Below, in pieces: positions 19,440 through 30,120 of a stretch of DNA of 64,000 nt. Positions within the stretch are counted from its first letter, which is position 1. Each line of letters starts with the position of its first letter. The position numbers were made by a program, and so were the translations under genes. Origin of the DNA: Candidatus Eiseniibacteriota bacterium (lineage in GTDB: Bacteria > Eisenbacteria > RBG-16-71-46). The notes under the pieces are model-generated. The model had not been told where the DNA came from. It saw nothing but the letters and a program-made list of their open reading frames with translations, and did no database searches. Location of the stretch: contig CAVQXP010000001.1 in the NCBI GenBank assembly GCA_963717935.1, forward strand, positions 32,001 through 96,000. Reading direction: 5' to 3'.

Positions 19440-20457
19440 GTGCCCGCGCTGAAGCGCTCCGCCGCGGTCCGCGGGAGCGCTCCACCGTCGGCGCGCCGTG
19501 CGCCCGCGGATGGGCTCGAGCTGATCGAGCGCTTCCGCCGCGGCGACTTCCCGGCCATGCTCTACCTCGAGGGGCCGAGCGAGTCCCTGAAGGCCGCGCT
19601 GCTCGCCGAGTTGCGCCGCGCCTGGGCCCGGGCCTGCCCCGAAGCCCCCCTGGCGCGCGTCTTCCGCGCGGCCGAGGCCGGCATCGAGGAGATCCTCGCC
19701 GCCTTCCAGGGGGCCTCGCTCTTCAGCCCGCGCGACCTCATCCTGGTGCTCGAGGTCGAGGACCTGGGCCGCAGCGAGAAGCGCGTGGCGGCCCTGGCCG
19801 CCGGGCTCGCGACTCCGGGCGGCGGCTCGTGCCTGGTGCTTCACGAGTCCGAGGCCGACGCGCCCCGCAAGTCGCTCGAGCCGCTGCGCGCCGCCTCGTC
19901 GCTGCGCTGGGTCGCCGAGGTGCCCGCGCGGCCGGAGTTGCTGCGCTGGGGCCATTGCCGGCTGGCCGACGACGATCTCGACCTCGAGCCGGGCGTGGTC
20001 GAGGCCGTGGCCGACGCCTGCGAGGGCGACCCGCTCACGTTCTTCAACGAACTCGAGAAGCTCGACGTGATCGCCCCGCTCGTGGACGGCCGCCGCCGCA
20101 TCACGCGCCAGGCCGCGGACACGATGCTCAAGCCCGTGCTCGGCGCGGACCTGCCCGAATACCTCTCCGCCGTGGCGCTGGGGCGTTCGCGAGTTCGCCG
20201 GCCGGGCGCTCGCACGCCTGCTCACGGCCGGCGTGGGGGAGGGCACCGTGCTCTTCGCCCTGTCGAACCTGGTGGGTGGCGCACTGGGGGGCTGGGCGCG
20301 GAACAAGGAGCTGAGCGCGGCGCTCGCACGCCGTCGCACGCCACGCGAGCTGGCTCGCTCGCTCGACGCCATCTATCGCGCCGAGGCCGCCTGGAAGGGC
20401 GGCCGCGCCGACGTGGTCGCGGTGCTCGAGCAGGCCACCCGGGCGGTGTGCGGGTAG
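19440..20457 (+). CDS. holA: DNA polymerase III delta subunit-like protein (indel near 20190; start approximate)
   Basis: [22 protein letters not shown] and RIT; lptE-holA-leuS neighbourhood. Confidence 0.75.
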
Positions 20458-20644
20458 GAGTGGTCAGGCGGCACGGCGGGAAGCTCGCAGCGAGGGTCCG
20501 GGCCCCGGCCGGCGCAGGATGCGACGGCCGGGGAATTGCCCGGGAGCGAGCACGGCCAGGATGGCCGCGCGCAGCGTCCTCGCGCAGGGCTTCCCGCCGT
20601 GCCGCCTGACCACTCGCGCGCTTGCGGGCGCCCCGCGGTCCGGC

Positions 20645-20673
20645 GTGACTCCGCCCGCCCCATGCCGTAATCT
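20645..20673 (+). promoter_or_regulatory. Probable sigma70 promoter for leuS
   Basis: GTGACT, 17 nt, TAATCT. Confidence 0.5.
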
Positions 20674-20719
20674 TCGCCGTCCCGAGTCGCACCGAACCCC
20701 TCACCCCTTCCAAGAGGCC

Positions 20720-23186
<2,467 letters not shown>

Positions 23187-23208
23187 GCGCGCCCTCTTCG
23201 CCTCTGAC

Positions 23209-23244
23209 GCTGAAGCCCGCGGGGGAGACCCTGCGGGCTTCAGC
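23209..23244. repeat. 16-bp stem hairpin with GAGA tetraloop after leuS (REP-like or terminator-like)
   Basis: GCTGAAGCCCGCGGGG-GAGA-CCCTGCGGGCTTCAGC. No U-tract. Confidence 0.7.
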
Positions 23245-23300
23245 CCGTCGGGGGCCGGCGGCGGCGGGCGGTTTCGCGGTGGCGACGGGCCAGGGCTGTA

Positions 23301-23328
23301 GGTTGACATAATAGGTCTTATGCGCCAT
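23301..23328 (-). other. dif site (XerC/XerD chromosome dimer resolution)
   Basis: Minus strand reads ATGGCGCATAA-GACCTA-TTATGTCAACC, an 11-6-11 match to E. coli GGTGCGCATAA-TGTATA-TTATGTTAAAT. It is intergenic, at the gene-orientation switch. Confidence 0.88.
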
Positions 23329-23450
23329 ACGGCCCATTTGCCCCTCCGGCCCCGATCCACCCGGCCGGAGGCCTGCTCCGGGCCCCTCCACACCCCGACT
23401 CCCGCCGCCCGCAGTCGGCACCTCGGCAGCGAGCGGCGCCGCTCTTGCCC

Positions 23451-24131
23451 CTAGTCCCGGAACCGGTACTTCAACAGCGTCCACAGCGCCGACACGCCGT
23501 CCGTCCAGCGGATCTTCTTGCCCTCCGCCGCACTCCGTCCCGCGTAACGGATCGGCACCTCGTGGATGCGCACGCCCCGTTTGCGGACCCTGGCCGTGAC
23601 CTCGGGGCAGAACTCGAAGCGGTTGCACCGGAGCGGCAGGCTGCGGATGAGATCCGTGCGGAACGCCTTGTAGCACGTGGCCTCGTCGGTGATCCGGGCC
23701 GTGTAGAGCAGATTCGCCGCCCAGGTCAGCAGGTAGTTCGCGAGCCGGTTCGCCGGTTGCATGCCCGTGATGGTCCCGCGGAAGCGCGAGCCGTACACCG
23801 CCTGCGCCTCGCCCCGGACGATGGGTCCGATCAGCTCGTGGAACTGCTCGGGATCGTACTCGAGGTCGGCATCCTGGATGATGACGATGTCACCGGTCAC
23901 GAGCTCGAGCCCGCTCCGGATGGCGGCGCCCTTGCCCTCGTTGACGGGCTTGTAGAAGGTCACGAGCGGGTGCAGCTTCTTCTGCTCCTCGAGGAGCTCG
24001 CGGGTCCGATCCGTGGAGGCGTCGTCCACCACGATGATCTCCTTCTCGATGTCCACGTGCCGGACCGCATCCAGGACCTGCACGATGTGCCGGGCCTCGT
24101 TGAAGCAGGGGATGATGATGGAGAGCTTCAA
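23451..24131 (-). CDS. GT2 glycosyltransferase (DPM1-like, polyprenol-phosphate)
   Basis: LSIIIPCFNE, VDDASTD, NEGKGAA, QDADLEYDP, GSRF and EVPIRY..R..GKKI. TTG start. Confidence 0.9.
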   Translation of the reverse strand: MKLSIIIPCFNEARHIVQVLDAVRHVDIEKEIIVVDDASTDRTRELLEEQKKLHPLVTFYKPVNEGKGAAIRSGLELVTGDIVIIQDADLEYDPEQFHELIGPIVRGEAQAVYGSRFRGTITGMQPANRLANYLLTWAANLLYTARITDEATCYKAFRTDLIRSLPLRCNRFEFCPEVTARVRKRGVRIHEVPIRYAGRSAAEGKKIRWTDGVSALWTLLKYRFRD

Positions 24132-24399
24132 ATGAGCCTCAGGGATGGCATCCGTGGACTGCTGCGCTCGATTCGTCCAGGCGGGCACGGGAGTCGTCCG
24201 TCGGCCCGAGATTACCCTCCACCCGCCGGGGCCGCAACGCGCGCTCCCCCTGGCGGACTCCGCCCCCCGGCTGCGGTTCACCTGCGGCGCCCACCCCCGC
24301 GCCTGGATCCCCCCCGCCCGGGTCGCGCGGGCTGCGCGCGACCGCGATGCGTGGTAATGCTCTCCTGCGACCCCAACCACCGCAGGAGGTGACTGACCG

Positions 24400-25758
24400 A
24401 TGAGAGCCGTCGACCCCGCGACCGGGAAGCTCATCCGCGACTATCCGGAGCACACCGGGAACGAGGTCACCGCCCGGCTCGAGCGCGCGGGCGCGGCCTT
24501 CCACGCGTGGAGCCTGCGCCCCGCGGGCGAACGGGCCGCCTTGCTGCGTTCCCTGGCGGGCGTCCTGCGCGCCGGCCTTCCCTCCCACGCCGCGCTCATG
24601 ACCCTCGAGATGGGCAAGCCCATCGCCCAGGCCGAGGCCGAGGTCGAGAAGTGCGCGATGACCTGCGACTGGTTCGCCGACCACGCTCCGGCCCTGCTCG
24701 AGCCCGAACCCGCGGCCACCGAGGCGGCCGCGAGCTACGTGCGCTTCGACCCGCTGGGCGTGGTGCTCGCGGTCATGCCGTGGAACTTCCCCTTCTGGCA
24801 GGTGATCCGCTGCGCCGCGCCCGCGCTGGCCGCGGGGGACACGGTCGTGCTCAAGCACGCCTCGAACGTCCCGGGCTGCGCACTCACCCTCGAGAGCGCC
24901 TTCCGCGCCGCGGGCTTCCCGGAGGGCGCGTTCACCACGCTGCTGGTCCCGTCGCGTGCGGTCGGCGAGATCATCGCGCACCCGGCGGTGCGCGCGATCT
25001 CGCTCACCGGCAGCGAGTCCGCGGGGCGGCAGGTGGCCGCCCTCGCGGGCGCTTCGCTCAAGAAGACGGTGCTCGAGCTGGGCGGCTCGGACGCCTTCGT
25101 CGTGCTGGCGGACACCGACGTCGTCCACGCAGCGGCGCAGGCGGCGCTCGCCCGCACCCTCAACAACGGGCAGAGCTGCATCGCCGCCAAGCGCTTCATC
25201 GTCGAGGAACCGGTCGCCGCGCGCTTCGAGGACGCCCTGGTCGAGCACCTGGCGGCACTGCGGGTGGGCGACCCGCGGGACCGCGCGACCCAGCTGGGCC
25301 CGCTCGCGCGCCCGGACCTGGTGGACGAGCTGGAGGACCAGGTACGGCGCACCGTGGCCGCGGGCGCCACACTGCGCCTGGGCGGCACGCGGCGGAAGGG
25401 CCCCGGCTGCTTCTTCCCTCCCGCCGTCCTCACCGGCGTCCAGCCGGGCATGGCGGCCTTCGACGAGGAGACCTTCGGTCCGGTCGCGCCCGTGACGCGC
25501 GCGCGCGACGCGGAGCACGCGCTCGAGCTGGCGAACCGTTCGCGCTACGGACTCGGGGCGAGCGTCTGGAGCGCCGACCTCGAGCGCGGCCGCGCGCTGG
25601 CGGCACGGCTCGAGGCAGGCGCCGTGTTCATCAACGAGACGGTCAAGTCCGACCCCCGGCTGCCCTTTGGCGGCGTCAAGTGTTCGGGCTACGGCCGCGA
25701 GCTCGCGGCCTTCGGCCTGCGGGAGTTCGTGAACGTCAGGACGGTCTGGGTGAGATGA
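24400..25758 (+). CDS. NAD(P)-dependent aldehyde dehydrogenase (succinate-semialdehyde dehydrogenase type)
   Basis: MPWNFPFWQ, LKHA, TGSE, LELGGSD, catalytic Cys in NNGQSCIAAKRF, EETFGP and PFGGVK. Confidence 0.93.
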   Translation: MRAVDPATGKLIRDYPEHTGNEVTARLERAGAAFHAWSLRPAGERAALLRSLAGVLRAGLPSHAALMTLEMGKPIAQAEAEVEKCAMTCDWFADHAPALLEPEPAATEAAASYVRFDPLGVVLAVMPWNFPFWQVIRCAAPALAAGDTVVLKHASNVPGCALTLESAFRAAGFPEGAFTTLLVPSRAVGEIIAHPAVRAISLTGSESAGRQVAALAGASLKKTVLELGGSDAFVVLADTDVVHAAAQAALARTLNNGQSCIAAKRFIVEEPVAARFEDALVEHLAALRVGDPRDRATQLGPLARPDLVDELEDQVRRTVAAGATLRLGGTRRKGPGCFFPPAVLTGVQPGMAAFDEETFGPVAPVTRARDAEHALELANRSRYGLGASVWSADLERGRALAARLEAGAVFINETVKSDPRLPFGGVKCSGYGRELAAFGLREFVNVRTVWVR

Positions 25759-25819
25759 GACCGCACGCCCCCGGGCCGGGCAGCCAGGGGGCGTACGGGA
25801 CCGCGGCTGGGGGAGCCTC

Positions 25820-27961
25820 TCACGCGCTCCACATGTACGCCCCGTACGAGGCATCGGGCACGGAGAAGCGCACCAGGTCCGCGGCGGGCAGGCTCTCGAC
25901 GGGCACGCCGCCCTGCATGAGCTGCACCAGCAGGTCCACGTTGTCCCCCGCCTTCAAGCCCAGGCTGGCGAAGGACAGCCCCAGCTCGAGCACGGTCCCG
26001 ATGTGGCATTCGCCGCCCGGCACGGGCGTGGCCGCGGCGTCCTCCGAGCGGCGCACGACCGGCCGCGCGCCCGTCTCGAGTCCCTGGACCGTGACGCGGA
26101 TGGGGTGCGGCGCGAGGAAGTCGAGCAGCAGGTCGTACTCCGCGCCCGGGGGCGCGTTCGCGAGGAAGTCGAGCCGCACGTAGAAGCGGGCGTCGTCGTA
26201 ACCGAAATACAGGTCGCGCCCGACCCCCGCATCGCGGTGCATCGAGCCGCCACCCGCACCCAGGACGTGACGCCCGGCCGCGTACCACTCGTAGAAATGG
26301 GTCGGCCGGCCGTCGATCGTCGGGTGCACGAAGCCCAGCGGCTGCGTGGCCAGGTCGGGGCGGTGGGTGAAACGCGCCACCGCGACCTGCAGCCAGCTCG
26401 GCGCGGGCAGCCCCGCGCGCTCGTAGACGGCCTGCAGGTGCTCGCGGAAGATGCGGTCGAAGAGCCCCTTGTCCTCGGTGTAATGGTCGTCGCCGAACCA
26501 CCAGAACCAGTCCGAGCCTTCGGCTGCGTAGAGCGATTCCCACGCGGCCGGGCAGTTCTCGGGCGTCTTGCGCGCCTCGACCAGCGCGCGGCGCGCCCGT
26601 GCCAGCAGTTCCCAGGCCCGGTTCTTCTCCGGATGCCCGATCCAGATGTGGAAGTCGGCATCGATCCAGGAGCCGGAGTGGAGGTCGTGCAGCTCGGCCG
26701 AGGGCGGCGTCTTCGCCAGGACCTCGGAAGGCGTCACGGTGCGGATATCGGGCGCCGCCTCGAGCGCGGCATACAGCGCCTCCAGGAACGGTCCACCGTC
26801 GGCCGGGTAGTTCTCCCAGCAGTTCTCGCCATCGAGGATCACCGAGACCAGCGGGCGCCGCCCCGGGATGGCCTGCTCGCGGGCGATGCGGCGCACCCGC
26901 CCGATGAAGTCGGCGACCGCTTCCAGGGTCTCCCAGTGGTAGTAGACGAATCCGATGCGGTCCGAGAGCTCGCGGTCGCGGAAGAAGAAGTCGACCGCCC
27001 CGGCTGCCGTGCGGTAGCGCCACGGCTGGTAGAGCACGGGGTGGTGACGCTCACCCGCCGGCAGCGACTGCCACAGCACGCCCTCGTCGGTGGCGAGCCA
27101 GCGCACCCCCGCGCGCGCCGCCAGCTCCACGGCCTCGGGGCTCACGCCGCCCTCCGGCGGCCACATCCCCGCCGGGCGTGCGCCGAAGGCGAGCGCGTGC
27201 CGGTCGGAGGCGCGCTCGATCTGGCGTTCGGCGTCCTCGGGCACGGCGAACAGCTCGCTCGGCAGCGCGATCTCGGGGCGCGCGCGCCGCGCGACGCGCG
27301 TGTCCACCAGCAGCGGCAGGATCGGATGGTAATAGGCCGACTCGGACAGTTCGACCTGGCCGCGCTCGGCCAGCGCCCGGTAGGCCGGGATCACCCGGGC
27401 GACGATGCGACCGTAGAGCGCCAGCAGGCCGTCGCGGTGCTCCTCGAGGAAATCACCTCCGGTGGCCATGGCCGCGGCTGCCTCGGGCTCCCCGAGCAGC
27501 ACCGGGTCGAGCCAGGCGAGCAGGAACCAGCACTCGATGGCCAGGATCTCCGCGACCGTGGGCTCGTTGACGCCGGAGCCGCGCGCGCGGGCGACCCGCA
27601 GGCCGAGCGCCCGGTAGCGAGGCCAGCGCTCCAGCGCGTGCCGCGGGGCGGCCACGCAGCGTGACAGCACCGCGGCGCGCTCGCCATCGGTCAGGCTCTC
27701 GACGGGTCTCGCGAGCAGGTCGAACAGGGTCTCGTGGCCACCGGCCGCCGCCTCGTCGAGCTGATCCAGCAGCGCGGGAACGAAGTTGAACGTGGCATGC
27801 ACACCCGGGTGGCCCTCGAGGTGCAGAGCCATGTCCAGATAGTCCTTGGCGGCGTGCAGGCGCACCCACGGCAACAGGGCGCGACCCTCGCGGGGGCTGC
27901 GATAGTCCGGCTGGTGGTGATGCCAGAGGAAGAGCAGATCGACCGGGGACTGATCGCTCAA
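25820..27961 (-). CDS. Glycoside hydrolase family 57 (amylopullulanase/glucanotransferase-like)
   Basis: WHHHQP, YYHPILPLL, WPPEG (nucleophile), ILDGEN (acid/base) and AEGSDWFWW. Confidence 0.92.
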   Translation of the reverse strand: MSDQSPVDLLFLWHHHQPDYRSPREGRALLPWVRLHAAKDYLDMALHLEGHPGVHATFNFVPALLDQLDEAAAGGHETLFDLLARPVESLTDGERAAVLSRCVAAPRHALERWPRYRALGLRVARARGSGVNEPTVAEILAIECWFLLAWLDPVLLGEPEAAAAMATGGDFLEEHRDGLLALYGRIVARVIPAYRALAERGQVELSESAYYHPILPLLVDTRVARRARPEIALPSELFAVPEDAERQIERASDRHALAFGARPAGMWPPEGGVSPEAVELAARAGVRWLATDEGVLWQSLPAGERHHPVLYQPWRYRTAAGAVDFFFRDRELSDRIGFVYYHWETLEAVADFIGRVRRIAREQAIPGRRPLVSVILDGENCWENYPADGGPFLEALYAALEAAPDIRTVTPSEVLAKTPPSAELHDLHSGSWIDADFHIWIGHPEKNRAWELLARARRALVEARKTPENCPAAWESLYAAEGSDWFWWFGDDHYTEDKGLFDRIFREHLQAVYERAGLPAPSWLQVAVARFTHRPDLATQPLGFVHPTIDGRPTHFYEWYAAGRHVLGAGGGSMHRDAGVGRDLYFGYDDARFYVRLDFLANAPPGAEYDLLLDFLAPHPIRVTVQGLETGARPVVRRSEDAAATPVPGGECHIGTVLELGLSFASLGLKAGDNVDLLVQLMQGGVPVESLPAADLVRFSVPDASYGAYMWSA

Positions 27962-27988
27962 GGCGTCCTTCTCGAACGGCCGGCCGCG

Positions 27989-28654
27989 TCAGCGCGGCGC
28001 GGCAGCCAGCTCTACCCGCAGGATGCGGGCGCGATTCGCGTACGAGGTCTCCCCATACTCGTCGAGCAGGCGCTTCAGCACCGGATCGGCTTCCTTCGGC
28101 TGGTTCATCTGCCGGTAGCAGCGCGCGGCCGCGTAGAGGAACTCGGCCGACGATTCGCGGTCGAACCTGCCCACCAGGCCCTCGTAGACGGGTGCAGCAT
28201 CCTTGAACTGGTGGTCGCTCTCGAGCGCATAGGCGAGGCTGCGGCGCACGGCGTCGGCGACCAGCCCGGACTTCTTCCTGGCAAGGTAGAGCTGGTACTC
28301 CGCGGCCGACTCCTTGAACTTCCCGAGCCAGAACTGGGCGTCGCCCGCCAGCCGGTGTGCGTCGATGCCGCTCGGGCTGTTGGGCCACTGCTCGGCGACC
28401 TGTCGCGCCACCGGGAGCGAACGGTCGTAGGCGCCCTGCCAGAAGTACAGGTTCGCCTCGGCGAGCTTCCCGGCCGCCTGCTCCTCATCGGCCGCGCGAG
28501 CGCGCAGGATGAAGAACGCGCCCATCGCGATCACCGCGATCACGCCCAGACCGATCAACGACATCCGCCCGTACCGCGCCCAGTGGGCGGAAATCGAGTC
28601 CAGAAGCTTTGCTCCCGGATCTTCCAGTCGAGCCGACTCTCGCTCTAACGTCAA
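27989..28654 (-). CDS. Membrane-anchored TPR protein (YfgM-like)
   Basis: One N-terminal TM followed by TPR helices; GGAGGAG SD before TTG. Confidence 0.8.
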   Translation of the reverse strand: MTLERESARLEDPGAKLLDSISAHWARYGRMSLIGLGVIAVIAMGAFFILRARAADEEQAAGKLAEANLYFWQGAYDRSLPVARQVAEQWPNSPSGIDAHRLAGDAQFWLGKFKESAAEYQLYLARKKSGLVADAVRRSLAYALESDHQFKDAAPVYEGLVGRFDRESSAEFLYAAARCYRQMNQPKEADPVLKRLLDEYGETSYANRARILRVELAAAPR

Positions 28655-28723
28655 GACACTCCTCCGGTTCGAAGGACAGGCTCGACCTCGGTCCGAGGTC
28701 GACTGAACGGCGACAGACGGGGA

Positions 28724-28752
28724 ACCTTATCCCGTGGCCGGGTGACCGTCAA
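28724..28752 (-). promoter_or_regulatory. Sigma70 promoter for the TPR-GH57 genes
   Basis: Minus strand TTGACG, 17 nt, TAAGGT. Confidence 0.7.
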
Positions 28753-28825
28753 GCCACGCCGGGATATCCGTACTTAGCCGGCTTCCGGTCCGTGCGAGCC
28801 CCGCCGCCCACGGCCAAGCTCCGAA

Positions 28826-28895
28826 GGCGTGCCCCGGGGAGTCGGAGGGCGGCTAAGTACGGACACGCTCGCCCTCCGACTCCCCGGGGCACGCC
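28826..28895. repeat. Perfect 26-bp inverted repeat with an 18-nt loop
   Basis: GGCGTGCCCCGGGGAGTCGGAGGGCG (28826-51) and its exact reverse complement (28870-95). Confidence 0.95.
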
Positions 28896-28974
28896 ACGCC
28901 GCAAGGGACGCGGCGGGGACGAGCGCGCGCCGAGCCCGGCAGCAAGCGCGGCGCGGACAGGGGCCGCCCGTCGG

Positions 28975-30120
28975 TCACGGCGCGCAGCGCACGCACGCCA
29001 CCGCCCCGTGCGCGCGAACCAGCATCTCCGCTCGCGTCCCGCACGAGGGGCACCTCGGCAGGTCCGGGCACCCGCGCGCCACGTCCACCAGGCTCTTCAG
29101 CCGCACGTGCACCGCCCCCGAGCGCAGCTCCTGCTCCAGGTCCGCGACCGGCCAGGCCCACTCCGAGAGCCCCCAGACCCGCATCTCCGTCCGGATCGCC
29201 CAGCGCCCGCGCACCTCGGCCGCGCGCCGGTCCCACTCGAGCTTGATCGACGTGCTGTCGCCCTGTTCGAGTTCCACCTCGTCGCCGTTCGACGTGCGGC
29301 GCCGCAGACGCTCCTGCTCCTCCTCGAGCCGGGCCGTGAAGAAGGCGCCCAGACGCTCGAGCTCGGCGTCGCGCAGCCGGCCCATCTGCCGCTCCCACTC
29401 CTGCTCGCGCTCCTCGAGCAGCCGCTCGAAGTGGGCGCGCGTGACCTCCATCCAGCGCGCGCGCTGCTCGGGCTCCAGCTCCTCCTCCATCTGGTAGAGC
29501 CCGTCGCGCGAGCGCACGCCCGGCACCTCGGGGGCGCTGTGCCACTCCAGCAGCTCGCCGGTGGGCCCGATCAGCACCACCCAGGGCTCCTGCCAGGGCA
29601 GCCCGCCCCAGCGCGTCGCCACCGCGTGGAACGAGACGCGGCGCTCGTAGCGCACGGGCCCCAGGCGCGCCGGCCCCCACGACAGGCCCCGCACCTTGCA
29701 GACCGTCGCGAGCCCTTCCTCGCTCACCCCGGGCACGTGCGCCAGCGCCGTGCGCCGCGTGAGCACCGGCTCCTCCATCGCGGCCTCGAGGATGCGCCGC
29801 CCGGCACTGCTGCCGGGTGCCGTGAACCAGGCGCCACGCGGCAGGGTCGCGCGCAGCGGATCGAAGACCAGGCGCACGCGCTGGCGGCGCCAGCGGCGGC
29901 GCAGGGCGGCCGCCAGGTCCACCTCCCAGTCGCCGCGCGCCGCCGGCTTGACCGTGCAGCCATCGGCCTCGAGCCAGCGGCCCACGAACTCGCGCCACGC
30001 GGGCGGCAGGCTGGGGGGCGGCGCGGGCGACATGCCGGTCCCGCCGTCACTGCCCGGCCCCCGCCGCGCGTCAACGCGCCGGGCTGCCGCGCTCTTCGTG
30101 GTCGACCGCGGGGGGCTCAC
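28975..30120 (-). CDS. YqhG-like SNF2-helicase partner protein with a coiled coil and C-terminal Zn ribbon
   Basis: GTGA overlap and AGGAGG SD after the helicase. FVGRWLEADGC..V..PGS..I N-terminus, an E/R-rich helix and CPSCG..CVRC. Confidence 0.6.
   Translation of the reverse strand: MSPPRSTTKSAAARRVDARRGPGSDGGTGMSPAPPPSLPPAWREFVGRWLEADGCTVKPAARGDWEVDLAAALRRRWRRQRVRLVFDPLRATLPRGAWFTAPGSSAGRRILEAAMEEPVLTRRTALAHVPGVSEEGLATVCKVRGLSWGPARLGPVRYERRVSFHAVATRWGGLPWQEPWVVLIGPTGELLEWHSAPEVPGVRSRDGLYQMEEELEPEQRARWMEVTRAHFERLLEEREQEWERQMGRLRDAELERLGAFFTARLEEEQERLRRRTSNGDEVELEQGDSTSIKLEWDRRAAEVRGRWAIRTEMRVWGLSEWAWPVADLEQELRSGAVHVRLKSLVDVARGCPDLPRCPSCGTRAEMLVRAHGAVACVRCAP

Noticed and set aside
23303..23312. 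TTGACA-TAAT as a sigma70 promoter
   Set aside because: No -10 at the right spacing and no + strand gene follows; it is the XerD arm of dif.
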